A stretch of DNA of 63,503 nucleotides from Eledone cirrhosa (GCA_964016885.1 CAXHJY010001306.1:1-63503), one strand, 5' to 3'. Shown: positions 11,840-25,248, numbered from the stretch's first letter. Program-made: numbers and translations. The notes: generated by a model not told the origin, from the letters alone.

Positions 11840-12512
11840 TATGTGTGTGTGTGAGTATGCATGCATATGTATGTGTGTGTGTGTATGCATTCATATGTAT
11901 GTGTGTATGCATGCATATGTATGTGTGTGTGTATGCATATGTATGTGTGTGTATGCATGCGTATGTATGTGTGTGTGTATGTATGCATATGTATGTGTGT
12001 GTATGTATGTGTGTGTGTGGGTGTGAGTATGCATGCATATGTATGTGTGTGTGTGCATGCGTATGTATGTGTGTGTGTATGTATGCATATGTATGTGTGT
12101 GTATGCAGGCATATGTATGTGTGTGTATGGGTGTATGCATGCATATGTATGCGTGTGTAAGTATGTATGCATATGTAAGTGTGTGTGAGTATGTATGCAT
12201 ATGTATGTGTGTGTGTATGCATGCGTATGTATGTGTGTGTGTGTGTATGCATATGTATGTGTGCGTATGCAGGCATATGTATGTGTGGGTGTGAGTATGC
12301 ATGCATATGTAAGTGTGTGTGAGTATGTATGCATATGTATGTGTGTGTGTGTATGCATGCATATGTATGTGTGTGTGTGTATGCATGCGTATGTATGTGT
12401 GTGTGTGTGTATGCATATGTATGTGTGCGTATGCAGGCATATGTATGCGTGTGTGAGTATGCATGCATATGTATGTGTGTGGGAGTATGTATGCATATGT
12501 ATGTGTGTGTAT
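11840..12512. repeat. Compound (TG)n/(TATG)n/(TGCA) microsatellite
   Basis: Direct inspection. Confidence 0.95.
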
Positions 12513-12722
12513 ATCATCATCACCATTTAGCGGCCACTAGACGGGTCATCCACACTGGGAAACAAGTCTGGCTAGAGTTGGCTGGAGATTTTACAGCTGG
12601 ATGCCCTTCCTAACACCAATCATATTTATAGTTTTGAACAGTATATATATGTGTGTGTGTGTGTGCATATATATGTGTATGTATGTATAAATGTATGCAT
12701 GTATATATGTATGTGCGTGTGT

Positions 12723-12982
12723 ATCATCATCATCATCATCGTTTAACGTCCCTTTTCCACGCTAGCATGGGTTAGACGGGAATTGTCCCACTTGAGGCAA
12801 GGTAGGTCTGGTGACCGTGTCTCGCTCATATAGGACTATCTGACAGGTTTTCTACGGCAGGATGCCCTTCCTAACACCAACCACGTTTACAGTGTGGAAC
12901 TGGGAACTTTTTACCGTGTTACCTACACGGCCACATTACAGCGTGGACTGTGTGTTTTTTTGTTGTGACACCTACACGATCT

Positions 12983-12983
<1 letters not shown>
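12723..12983 (-). mobile_element. RTE LINE 3' UTR fragment
   Basis: Reverse complement of 37990-38240. Confidence 0.85.
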
Positions 12984-13053
<70 letters not shown>

Positions 13054-13081
13054 AATGAATGAATGAATGCAAGTATATATA

Positions 13082-13993
13082 CACTACCACCTTACAGGGT
13101 GGACTGGGTACTTTTTGTTTTGGCACCAACGCTACCACCTTACAGGGTGGACTGGGTACTTTTTGTTGTGGCACCAACGCTACCACCTTACAGGGTGGAC
13201 TGGGTACATTTTGTTGTGGCACCAACGCTACCACCTTACAGGGTGGACTGGGTACTTTTTGTTGTGGCACCAATGCTACCACCTTACAGGGTGGACTGGG
13301 TACTTTTTGTTGTGGCACCAACGCTACCACCTTACAGGGTGGACTGGGTACTTTTTGTTGTGGCACCAACGCTACCACCTTACAGGGTGGACTGGGTACT
13401 TTTTGTTGTGGCACCAATGCTACCACCTTACAGGGTGGACTGGGTACTTTTTGTTGTGGCACCAACGCTACCACCTTACAGGGTGGACTGGGTACTTTTT
13501 GTTTTGACACCAACGCTACCACCTTACAGGGTGGACTGGGTACTTTTTGTTGTGGCACCAACGCTACCACCTTACAGGGTGGACTGGGTACATTTTGTTG
13601 TGGCACCAACGCTACCACCTTACAGGATGGACTGGGTACTTTTTGTTGTGGCACCAACGCTACCACCTTACAGGGTGGACTGGGTACTTTTTGCTTTGAC
13701 ACCAACGCTACCACCTTACAGGGTGGACTGGGTACTTTTTGTTGTGGCACCAATGCTACCACCTTACAGGGTGGACTGGGTACTTTTTGTTGTGGCACCA
13801 ATGCTACCACCTTACAGGGTGAACTGGGTACTTTTTGTTGTGGCACCAATGCTACCACCTTACAGGATGGACTGGGTACTTTTTGTTTTGACACCAACGC
13901 TACCACCTTACAGGGTGGACTGTGTACTTTTTGTTGTTGCACCAACACTATCACCTTACAGGGATGGACTGGGTACATTTTGTTGTGGCACCA
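13082..13993. repeat. 48-bp minisatellite (CTACCACCTTACAGGGTGGACTGGGTACTTTTTGTTGTGGCACCAACG), about 19 copies
   Basis: Tandem repetition; the unit is homologous to the RTE/SINE 3' segment. Confidence 0.96.
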
Positions 13994-14199
13994 GTGGAGC
14001 CATAGTAAGGCCACAATCTGATAACTGAAACCAAAGATAAATTATAGACTATCTTCTGCACTCAAAAAATTTGTAATCTTTTTTTAAGATAAACATTTGT
14101 CTCCCACGCAACAAAACAAAAACCAGAAACATTTTCTGAGGTGAATATATTCAGCAGCGGGATATATTTCCAAACAAACAACTGTCTTATCTCAGTAGG

Positions 14200-14849
14200 G
14201 ACCAGCAGGATGTATTGCGGAACATTAAAGTTAAATGATGATGATGATGATGATGATGGGTGGTGGTGATGGTGGTGATGGTGGTGGTGGTGGTAGTGAT
14301 GATGGTGGTGGTTACGATGGTGGTGATGGTGGTGGTGGCGATGGTGGTGGCGATGGTGATGATGGTGGTGACGATGGTGGTGATGGTGGTGATGATGGTG
14401 GTGACGATGGTGGTGACGGTGGTGGTGATGGTGGTGGTGATGGTGGTGATGGTGGTGGTGATGGTGGTGATGGTGATGGTGGTAGTGACGATGATGACGA
14501 TGGTGGTGATGACGATGATGGTGGTGATGGTGGTGGTGATGATGGGTGGTGGTGGTGGTGACTACGAGGATGGTGATGATGGTGGTGACGACAATGATGG
14601 TGGTGGTGGTGATGGGTGGTGGTGGTGATGACTACGATGATGATGATGGTGGTGATGACAATGATGATGGTGGTGACAACAATGATGATGGTGGTGACGA
14701 CAATGGTGGTGGTGGTGATGGTGACGACAATGATGGTGGTGGTGGTGATGGTGACGACAATGATGGTGGTGGTGGTGATGGTGACGACAATGATGGTGGT
14801 GGTGGTGATGGTGACGACAATGATGGTGGTGGTGGTGATGGTGAAATAG
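14200..14849 (+). repeat. (GAT/GGT)n low-complexity tract, probably an expanded retroposon tail
   Basis: Starts AAAGTTAAATGATGATG; flanked by near-identical 18-bp direct repeats at 14182-14199 and 14850-14867. Confidence 0.8.
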
Positions 14850-14891
14850 CTGTGTTATCTCAGTAGGAAGTCCACTCTATTTCATATATCT

Positions 14892-15033
14892 GTCCCGGGC
14901 AACACACTAAACTGCATCCGTTGCTAAGGCTTCAGTTCGAGGGTTCTGCGCAGTATGGTGTTACCCCTTAGTCACCATTACTCCCAGGTCTGCTCTTGCC
15001 TGGGGCTGTAGTACCTGGGTCCCACCTATGGGT
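14892..15033 (+). mobile_element. SINE-like dispersed repeat fragment
   Basis: ACACTAAACTGCATCC...CCATTACTCCCAGGTC...GGTCCCACCTATGGGT resembles a cephalopod SINE body (from recall). Confidence 0.45.
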
Positions 15034-15081
15034 TATAGTCTTAGTGGTAGGCTTTCTCCTCCTTTGAAAAAACCCCACAGT

Positions 15082-15268
15082 GCCACCCTCAAGGACAGAA
15101 GGCACAGGAAGAAGAACTACAAGACCAAGTCATTAAAACCTGACCAGACCAGCAGATGCAGATACTGTGGCTGGGCCTGCCTATCCAGCAGTGGCTTAAA
15201 CAGCCATGAGGGTGCCTGCAGTCAATGAGGACCACGCCCTTCATGAAGCCAAGTGTTGATGATGAAGG
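15082..15268 (+). pseudogene. RTE-BovB-type LINE 3' end with C-terminal zinc-finger-like motif
   Basis: LKDRRHRKK...CRYCGWACLSSSGLNSHEGAC*, then a short UTR ending GAAGCCAAG...GATGATGA. Confidence 0.7.
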
Positions 15269-15283
15269 AAGACAATACAAAGA

Positions 15284-15689
15284 CAAAGTATGACACAAAG
15301 TAGGGTTTACATCAAGTAAATGGGGGCAAAGTATGACACAAACTAGGGTCAAAGTATGACACAAAGGGTTTACATCAAGTAAATGGCAGCAAAGTATGAC
15401 AAAGTAGGGTTTACATCAAGTAAATAGGGGCAAAGTATGACACAAAGTAAGGTTTACATCAAGTAAATGGGGGCAAAGTATGACACAAACTAGGGTCAAA
15501 GTATGACACAAAGTAGGGTTTACATCAAGTAAATGGCAGCAAAGTATGACAAAGTAGGGTTTACATCAAGTAAATAGGGGCAAAGTATGACACAAAGTAA
15601 GGTTTACATCAAGTAAATGGAGGCAAAGTATGACACAAACTAGGGTCAAAGTATGACACAAAGTAGGGTTTACATCAAGTAAATGGGGG
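15284..15689. repeat. Complex minisatellite (CAAAGTATGACACAAAGTAGGGTTTACATCAAGTAAATGGGGG variants)
   Basis: About 9 variable units with higher-order repetition. Confidence 0.9.
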
Positions 15690-15749
15690 AAAAAAACTCA
15701 ACAAAAAACAATAAATGTAACTAAAATTCCAACAAGAAAATTTCCCCGA

Positions 15750-15911
15750 ATAAGGGGGAAGGTCGCTTAGGGTAATTCAGAGCAGGACCCCAACTCCTAA
15801 AAATAGAGGGGGGAGGTAATTTAGGGTAATTCAGGGGAGGACCGCAACTCCTAAAAATAAGGGGGAAGGTAATTTAGGGCAATTCAGGGGAGGACCACAA
15901 CTCCTAAAAAT
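15750..15911. repeat. About 53-bp unit repeated 3 times (G-rich)
   Basis: AAGGGGGAAGGTAATTTAGGGTAATTCAGGGGAGGACCNCAACTCCTAAAAAT. Confidence 0.85.
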
Positions 15912-15939
15912 CTTTAGTTACTTTGTATCACTAAATAAT

Positions 15940-16042
15940 TGTTTCTACTTTAGGCACAAGGCCAGCAATTACCCAGTACATTATTGGTACTTTATTTTAT
16001 CGACCCCGTAAGGATGAAAAGCAAAGTTAACCTCGGCGGGAA
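15940..16042 (-). mobile_element. 5'-truncated Meta-SINE with 18-bp TSD
   Basis: TTTGTATCACTAAATAAT at 15922-15939 and 16043-16060. Confidence 0.9.
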
Positions 16043-16230
16043 TTTGTATCACTAAATAATGATATTAGATAATGATATAAACCCATTTACTGACCCTTAA
16101 CTCCTCATAAGGGAGCCCTTTTAGAGACACCATTATGACGTGTTTGGGGCATTTAAAACCCAGCAGGCCCTACCCATCTCTAGGTCACAACACAAGTGAT
16201 TTCTTTTACTTTAACACACACACACACACA

Positions 16231-16566
16231 CATCGTCATCATTTTACGTCCACTTTTCCCTGCTTGCAAGGGTGGGACGGGAACTGATTCTGGCTTCATT
16301 TCTACAGCTGGATGCCCTTCCTAACACCCAACCTCATTTACAGTGTGGGCTGGGCGCTTTTTTGCCATGGCACCTCCACGACCACTTTGCAGTGGAATGA
16401 TATGGACCCCAGTCCTATCATCTCATTTCTACAGCTGAGTAAACTGAAGCAATGTGAAATAAAGTGTCTTGCTCAAGGAAACAACACATCACCCGGTCTG
16501 AGAATTAAACTCACAACCTTTCGATTGCAAGGCCAATGCTCTAACCACTAAGCCATGTGCCTCCAT
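16231..16566 (-). mobile_element. Full-length tRNA/CORE-SINE with RTE-type tail
   Basis: Head ATGGAGGCACATGGCTTAGTGGTTAGAGC, CORE TTGAGCAAGACACTTTATTTCACATTGCT, then GTTAGGAAGGGCATCCAGC and GGACGTAAAATGATGA. Confidence 0.88.
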
Positions 16567-17303
16567 TATATAATAATATAGAGAGATAAACACAGAGAAA
16601 TGTGTGTTTAAAATTACGAGGGCTGTAAAACCAACTGGGGATGAAGAATATAATCTATGAAGCAAACGGAAAACAAAAAATAAAAGTTGAATTAAAATGT
16701 ACAAACCGTTTCAATAACTATTAATCTCCTGGACAGATTACAGAGGTAATCTGTTTCGCTGTAAAATTTGTGTTCATAACAGATAATCTTAAGGCTTTTC
16801 AACAGGAGATAGAAATTATATGCAACAAACACCTAGATGTAAATTAGATAACTAAATATCACACGAGGGAGAAAAGTACGTTGTGCGACATCCAGTGCAA
16901 AGCTAGAAATAGTAGCCTAAATTCACTTAACTTGTTAAGCTCAACAAAACAAGGAGCTGAATTTCAAATAAAAAGCACAGTTAAATACGTGTATATATAT
17001 ATATTGTACACCATTTTTCCTTGCTTATAACTTTTTTGACTGTACTTTTCGCTTATACCTCTTACAACCAGTGCTGCCTGTAATTGTGTTCTCTCAAGTA
17101 TAACATCTTTTTAACTCCTGACTCTCCACATGATGCCTATGACACTAACAACAATTATGTCCCCTAAATGTTCTGAATGACTACGACTTTAGTCACATGT
17201 TTCGACATTCCCTATGCTCCGATGATTCCAGACTCCCCTTTGGAAGAAACAATTGTCAGCAAATAAATGTTCTAAACTAAAATTTGATCATTTTAACACT
17301 GTA

Positions 17304-17340
<37 letters not shown>

Positions 17341-17478
17341 GCAGAAGGTTCCGAGGATCAGGCAGATTTGAAATCTGGTCTGGAACATTAACCCGGATCA
17401 AGAGCTGACTGTCTGTGAAACAATTGTAACCAGGATTGATCAATAAATTTCTTAATGTAACACCTCTACTTTGTTCTT

Positions 17479-17532
<54 letters not shown>

Positions 17533-17594
17533 GTAGTGAGAAAGAAGTAGAGAGAAGGAGCAAGATTTGAGCCCAGTACTGAACCTTATAGACC

Positions 17595-20500
17595 TTAACC
17601 CTTTAATGTTCAAACCAGCCAGAATTCTCTACCTCTTTCTGGTGAAACTGGCTGTAACTGGTCATTCAAACAGATGTTAAGGTATTGTTCTCAAAATAAA
17701 TACTTTCAAAATCTCATAGATTCGATATTATGCGAGATAATTATGTGAGGTAAAGCCTTTACCATGAAAATATAATAGTATATATAGAGTAATGTGAATG
17801 TTATGTGAGATATTATGTGAGGTAAAGCCTTTACCATGAAAATATAATAGTATATATAGAGTAATGTGAATGTTATGCGAGATATTATGTGAGGTAAAGG
17901 CTTTACCATGAAAATATAATAGTATATATAGAGTAATGTAAATGTTATGTGAGATATTATGTGAGGTAAAGCCTTTACCATGAAAATACAATAGTATATA
18001 TAGAGTAATGTGAATGTTATGTGAGATATTATGTGAGGTAAAGTCTTTACCATGAAAATATAATAGTATATATAGAGTAATGTGAATGTTATGTGAGATA
18101 TTATGTGAGATAAAGCCTTTACCATGAAAATACAATAGTATATATAGAGTAATGTGAATGTTATGCGAGATATTGTGTGAGGTAAAGCCTTTACCATGAA
18201 AATATAATAGTATATATAGAGTAATGTGAATGTTATGTGAGATATTATGTGAGGTAAAGCCTTTACCATGAAAATACAATAGTATATATAGAGTAATGTG
18301 AATGTTATGCGAGATATTGTGTGAGGTAAAGCCTTTACCATGAAAATATAATAGTATATATAGAGTAATGTGAATGTTATGTGAGATATTATGTGCGGTA
18401 AAGCCTTTACCATGAAAACATAATAGTATATATAGAGTAATGTAAATGTTATGCGAGATATTATGTGAGGTAAAGCCTTTACCATGAAAATATAATAGTA
18501 TATATATATATATAGAGTAATGTGAATGTTATGTGAGATATTATGTGAGGTAAAGCCTTTACCATGAAAATATAATAGTATATATAGAGTAATGTGAATG
18601 TTATGTGAGATATTATGTGAGGTAAAGCCTTTACCATGAAAACATAATAGTATATATAGAGTAATGTGAATGTTATGTGAGATATTATGTGAGGTAAAGC
18701 CTTTACCATGAAAACATAATAGTATATATAGAGTAATGTGAATGTTATGTGAGATATTATGTGAGGTAAAGCCTTTACCATGAAAACATAATAGTATATA
18801 TAGAGTAATGTGAATGTTATGCGAGATATTGTGTGAGGTAAAGCCTTTACCATGAAAATACAATAGTATATATAGAGTAATGTGAATGTTATGTGAGATA
18901 TTATGTGAGGTAAAGCCTTTACCATGAAAATATAATAGTATATATAGAGTAATGTGAATGTTATGTGAGATATTATGTGAGGTAAAGCCTTTACCATGAA
19001 AACATAATAGTATATATAGAGTAATGTAAATGTTATGTGAGATATTATGTGAGGTAAAGCCTTTACCATGAAAATATAATAGTATATATAGAGTAATGTG
19101 AATGTTGTGAGATATTATGTGAGGTAAAGCCTTTACCGTGAAAATATAATAGTATATATAGAGTAATGTGAATGTTATGTGAGATATTATGTGAGGTAAA
19201 GCCTTTACCATGAAAATATAATAGTATATATAGAGTAATGTGAATGTTATGTGAGATATTATGTGAGGTAAAGCCTTTACCATGAAAATATAATAGTATA
19301 TATAGAGTAATGTGAATGTTATGCGAGATATTATGTGAGGTAAAGCCTTTACCATGAAAATATAATAGTATATATAGAGTAATGTAAATGTTATGCGAGA
19401 TATTATGTGAGGTAAAGCCTTTACCATGAAAATATAATAGTATATATAGAGTAATGTGAATGTTATGCGAGATATTATGTGAGGTAAAGCCTTTACCATG
19501 AAAACATAATAGTATATATAGAGTAATGTGAATGTTATGTGAGATATTATGTGAGGTAAAGCCTTTACCATGAAAATACAATAGTATATATAGAGTAATG
19601 TGAATGTTATGTGAGATATTATGTGAGGTAAAGCCTTTACCATGAAAATATAATAGTATATATAGAGTAATGTAAATGTTATGTGAGATATTATGTGAGA
19701 TAAAGCCTTTACCATGAAAACATAATAGTATATATAGAGTAATGTGAATGTTATGCGAGATATTATGTGAGGTAAAGCCTTTACCATGAAAATACAATAG
19801 TATATATAGAGTAATGTGAATGTTATGTGAGATATTATGTGAGGTAACGCCTTTACCATGAAAATACAATAGTATATATAGAGTAATGTGAATGTTATGT
19901 GAGATATTATGTGAGGTAAAGCCTTTACCATGAAAACATAATAGTATATATAGAGTAATGTGAATGTTATGTGAGATATTATGTGAGGTAAAGCCTTTAC
20001 CATGAAAATACAATAGTATATATAGAGTAATGTGAATGTTATGCGAGATATTATGTGAGGTAAAGCCTTTACCATGAAAACATAATAGTATATATAGAGT
20101 AATGTGAATGTTATGTGAGATATTATGTGAGGTAAAGCCTTTACCATGAAAATACAATAGTATATATAGAGTAATGTGAATGTTATGTGAGATATTATGT
20201 GAGGTAAAGCCTTTACCATGAAAATATAATAGTATATATAGAGTAATGTAAATGTTATGTGAGATATTATGTGAGATAAAGCCTTTACCATGAAAACATA
20301 ATAGTATATATAGAGTAATGTGAATGTTATGCGAGATATTATGTGAGGTAAAGCCTTTACCATGAAAATACAATAGTATATATAGAGTAATGTGAATGTT
20401 ATGTGAGATATTATGTGAGGTAAAGCCTTTACCATGAAAATACAATAGTATATATAGAGTAATGTGAATGTTATGCGAGATATTATGTGAGGTAAAGCCT

Positions 20501-20838
20501 TTACCATGAAAACATAATAGTATATATAGAGTAATGTGAATGTTATGTGAGATATTATGTGAGGTAAAGCCTTTACCATGAAAACATAATAGTATATATA
20601 GAGTAATGTGAATGTTATGTGAGATATTATGTGAGGTAAAGCCTTTACCATGAAAACATAATAGTATATATAGAGTAATGTGAATGTTATGTGAGATATT
20701 ATGTGAGGTAAAGCCTTTACCATGAAAATACAATAGTATATAGAGTAATGTGAATGCTATGTGAGATATTATGTGAGGTAAAGCCTTTACCATGAAAATA
20801 CAATAGTATATAGAGTAATGTGAATGCTAAAGGGTTAA
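17595..20838. mobile_element. piggyBac-like MITE (family 1) expanded to 3.2 kb by an internal tandem array
   Basis: TTAA-CCCTTTAATGTT at 17595 and ATGCTAAAGGG-TTAA at 20838; the non-array parts match the about 220-bp copies. Confidence 0.88.
17727..20828. repeat. 72-bp minisatellite, about 43 copies
   Basis: ACCATGAAAA recurs at 17761, 17833 and onward; source of the spurious 1005-aa ORF. Confidence 0.97.
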
Positions 20839-21549
20839 AGGATTAAAGAAAGGTAAAGTTGACCAGGGTAGGATTTGAACTCAGAGAGCAGAGTTGGAAT
20901 GAATGCCACAACTAACACATTCCCTCCGGTGTTCTCCTAACAACTCTGCCTTAACAGATAATATATAACAAGGTAGAGGAAGGGTAGGCAGGTGTATTAA
21001 TAAACCTATGAGACAACTTCAGTTAGAAAGAAGTTAAAAATAGATTAAAAAATAAAAAATAAAATATTAAGAGAAATATTTTTAATTGATTTTTTTTCTT
21101 TTGGATAAAAATTAAAAAAACACAAAAGGAAAGCATTCATGAAAATTTAGTTGAATCACTGCATTACTTACAAAGTATTTCTAAATAAAAAAAGGAAACA
21201 AGTTTTCAATCAGTTATATATACCTGACAGAAAATAAAGTAAGACTTTTGTTAATTGTTACAGATAGACACAGGTATGGCTATGTGGTTATGTAATTTGT
21301 TCACAGCCATATGGTACAGTCCCATCGTATGTGGCCAGTGCTGGATTTACCATTCTGCTTAGGTGCGCTTAAAAACAAAGTCCCATTAACCAGGGGGCCC
21401 AAAAAAAAACAACCCCCCCCCTAAATCTATACAACATAAACAAGTACCAGGGTTGATACAGCCGACTAAATACTCCCTTCAAGATGTAGTGCCCCAGCTT
21501 ATCTAATTTAAATATCTAAAATACCAGATTTTCTAGTCCATTGGACACA

Positions 21550-21757
21550 CTTTAGTGTTTAAACCGGTCGTATCCAACCAGAATTCTCTCACCTCTTTCT
21601 GTTCAAACCAGCTGTAACCGGCCACTCATACTGATATTAAGGTATTGTTCTCAAAATAAATAATATCAAAATCTCATAAATTCGATATTATGTGAGGTAA
21701 AGCCTTTACCACAAAAATACAATAATAAATAGAGTAATGTGAATGCTTAAAGGTTAA
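21550..21757. mobile_element. piggyBac-like MITE (family 1), degenerate
   Basis: Colinear with the other family 1 copies; ends GAATGCTTAAAGG-TTAA. Confidence 0.75.
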
Positions 21758-21782
21758 AGAACAAATAAAATATTCCCTGCAT

Positions 21783-22048
21783 CCAATATGACCATATCAC
21801 AATATGACCATATCACCAATATGACCATATCACCAATATCACAATATGACCATATCACCAATATCACAATATGACCATATCACCAATATGACCATATCAC
21901 CAATATGACCATATCACCAATATGACCATATCACCAATATGACCATATCACCAATATGACCATATCACCAATATGACCATATCACCAATATGACCATATC
22001 ACCAATATCACAATATGACCAATATCACAATATCACCAATATCACCAA
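21783..22048. repeat. 17-bp minisatellite (CAATATGACCATATCAC)
   Basis: Direct tandem repetition. Confidence 0.93.
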
Positions 22049-22095
22049 TGGGATGCCAAAGAGAGGGTGAGGACAATCATGGTTTAAAAAATGTG

Positions 22096-23665
22096 GTTTG
22101 TATTACTATTAATATTAGTACTACAGTAATACAATACAGTTTAGTTTGTATTACTATTAATATTAGTACTACAGTAATACAATACAGTTTAGTTTGTATT
22201 ACTATTAATATTAGTACTACAGTAATACAATACAGTTTAGCTTGTATTACTATTAGTATTAGTACTACAGTAATACAATACAGTTTAGTTTGTATTAGTA
22301 TTAGTACTACAGTAATACAATACAGTTTAGTTTGTATTACTATTAGTACTACAGTAATACAATACAGTTTAGTTTGTATTACTATTAGTACTACAGTAAT
22401 ACAATACAGTTTAGTTTGTATTACTATTAGTATTAGTACTACAGTAATACAATACAGTTTAGTTTGTATTACTATTAGTATTACAGTAATACAATACAGT
22501 TTAGTTTGTATTACTATTAGTACTACAGTAATACAATACAGTTTAGTTTGTATTACTATTAGTACTACAGTAATACAATACAGTTTAGTTTGTATTACTA
22601 TTAGTACTACAGTAATACAATACAGTTTAGTTTGTATTACTATTAGTATTAGTACTACAGTAATACAATACAGTTTAGTTTGTATTACTATTAGTACTAC
22701 AGTAGTACAATACAGTTTAGTTTGTATTACTATTAGTATTAGTACTACAGTAATACAATACAGTTTAGTTTGTATTACTATTAATATTAGTCCTACAGTA
22801 ATACAATACAGTTTAGTTTGTATTACTATTAGTATTAGTACTACAGTAATACAATACAGTTTAGTTTGTATTACTATTAGTATTAGTACTACAGTAATAC
22901 AATACAGTTTAGTTTGTATTACTATTAGTACTACAGTAATACAATACAGTTTAGTTTGTATTACTATTAGTATTAGTACTACAGTAATACAATACAGTTT
23001 AGTTTGTATTACTATTAATATTAGTACTACAGTAATACAATACAGTTTAGTTTGTATTACTATTAATATTAGTACTACAGTAATACAATACAGTTTAGTT
23101 TGTATTACTATTAATATTAGTACTACAGTAGTACAATACAGTTTAGTTTGTATTACTATTACTATTAGTACTACAGTAGTACAATACAGTTTAGTTTGTA
23201 TTACTATTAATATTAGTACTACAGTAATACAATACAGTTTAGTTTGTATTACTATTAGTATTACAGTAATACAATACAGTTTAGTTTGTATTACTATTAC
23301 TATTAGTACTACAGTAGTACAATACAGTTTAGTTTGTATTAGTATTAGTACTACAGTAATACAATACAGTTTAGTTTGTATTAGTATTAGTACTACAGTA
23401 ATACAATACAGTTTAGTTTGTATTACTATTAGTATTAGTACTACAGTAATACAATACAGTTTAGTTTGTATTACTATTACTATTAGTACTACAGTAATAC
23501 AATACAGTTTAGTTTGTATTACTATTACTATTAGTACTACAGTAATACAATACAGTTTAGTTTGTATTACTATTACTATTAGTACTACAGTAGTACAATA
23601 CAGTTTAGTTTGTATTAGTATTAGTACTACAGTAATACAATACAGTTTAGTTTGTATTACTACTA
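22096..23665. repeat. 42/48-bp minisatellite with internally palindromic unit, about 34 copies
   Basis: GTTTGTATTACTATTAGT(ATTAGT)ACTACAGTAATACAATACAGTTTA; TGTATTACT and AGTAATACA are reverse complements. Confidence 0.96.
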
Positions 23666-23860
23666 GGGTGGTGGATTGGCAGTATCGGTAGAGGGTCGGA
23701 CGCCTTGCTTTGCAGCAGAGAGTTACGACCCTTTATGATCCGAGTTCAAATCCCACCAAGGTTAACTTTGCCCTTCATTCTTATGAGGTCGATAAAATAA
23801 AGTACCAGTGATACACTGGGATAATGTTGGCCTTGTGCCAAAAATAGAAACAATTATTAT
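23666..23860 (+). mobile_element. Full-length Meta-domain tRNA-SINE
   Basis: A box, B box, Meta domain and (ATT)n tail. Confidence 0.9.
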
Positions 23861-23882
23861 TAGTATTACTAATACTGTAATA

Positions 23883-24069
23883 TAATTGTTTCTACTTTTG
23901 GCACAAGGCCAGCAATTATCCCAGTGTATTACTGGTACTTTATTTTATCAACGCCGTAAGGATGAAAGGCAAAGATAACCTCGGCGGTATTTGAACTCAG
24001 AATGGCAAGGGCCGTAACTCTATGCTGCAAAGCATGGTGTCTGACTCTCTACCGATACTGCCAATCCAT
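23883..24069 (-). mobile_element. Near full-length Meta-domain tRNA-SINE, tail-to-tail with the previous copy
   Basis: Reverse complement of the family consensus. Confidence 0.9.
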
Positions 24070-24519
24070 ATAATACAATTTAGTTTGTATTACTATTAGT
24101 ATTACTAATACAGTAGTACAATATAATTTATATCAGTAAAATGATGTCAAACTTATATAAGAGTTTCTGAAAAAAAAAAAAAAACAATGAAATAATTTAT
24201 AATAAATTTATGAAGAAATATACAAAAAATTATTTTTTCTCAAAATGTCTTAATTGAAGGAGCATACAATAGACCAGCAAATATGGTAATCTTTCGTTTT
24301 TGTTTTTGTTTTTCTTTGAAATAAATCACAAGAATGGGAGAGAAATATTTTCTGCTGAATCATGACACTTGATGAATTAAAGAAACAAGTTTGTAATCAG
24401 GTTTCCTGAGAAAAAAAAAACAAACAAAAACCATTTAAACCTTTGTTAGTTATTTCTATGAAAACTGTATATAAATCCCTTTTGAAATAACACAAGGTTA
24501 TAGTCTTCTTATTAGACTG

Positions 24520-25005
24520 TGACCATGCTGGAGCATCACCTTTTTTAAGTCTGATACTTATTTCATGAATATCTTTGTGTCAAACTGCTAAGTTACAGGA
24601 GAGACACACACATAATGGGCTTCTGCTCAGTTTCCATCTACCAAATTTCACCGACAAACCCCCCTCAGACATATAATGGGCTTCTGCTCAGTTTCCATCT
24701 ACCAAATTTCACCGACAAACCCCCGTCAGACATATATAATGGGCTTCTGCTCAGTTTCCACCTACCAAATTTCACCGACAAACCCCCCTCAGACACATAT
24801 AATGGGCTTCTGCTCAGTTTCCACCTACCAAATTTCACCGACAAACCCCCCTCAGACACATATAATGGGTTTCTGCTCAGTTTCCACCTACCAAATTTCA
24901 CTAGTCAACTGGAGACCATAACAGAAGACTGTGGTACCAAGTGCTGGGATTGAATCTGGATCCAGATGGTTGTGAAGTGAATTTCTTAACCATGCAGCTA
25001 TGCCT
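24520..25005 (-). mobile_element. Degenerate CORE-SINE containing an about 62-bp tandem array (24612-24901, about 5 copies)
   Basis: Head at ...TTCTTAACCATGCAGCTATGCC, body GGGCTTCTGCTCAGTTTCCATCTACCAAATTTCAC, tail GCTAAGTTACAGG. Confidence 0.7.
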
Positions 25006-25017
25006 ACACCTGTATTG

Positions 25018-25248
25018 ATAATGGTTTCTTATATAGGCACAAGGCTATCAATTTTTTTTGGGGGGGGGGGGGGGGGGGTCGATGAAATTGACCCCAGTGC
25101 GTGACTGGTACTTTATTTTATCGACCCCGTAAGGTTGAAAGGCAAAGTTAACGTCGGCGGGATTTGAACTCAGATCATAAAGGGCCGTAACTCTATGCTG
25201 CAAAGCATGGCGTCCGACCCTCTACCGATACTGCCAATCCACCGACCT
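25018..25248 (-). mobile_element. Full-length Meta-domain tRNA-SINE with 13-bp TSD
   Basis: TACACCTGTATTG at 25005-25017 and 25249-25261; A and B boxes present. Confidence 0.9.

Noticed and set aside
14235-14866. Gly/Asp-rich ORFs resembling shell-matrix or structural proteins
   Set aside because: The tract lies between TSD-like repeats and begins as a retroposon (TGA)n tail.
17706-20793. 1005-aa and 576-aa ORFs
   Set aside because: Translations of a 72-bp MITE-derived tandem repeat, open in several frames, with no domain content.
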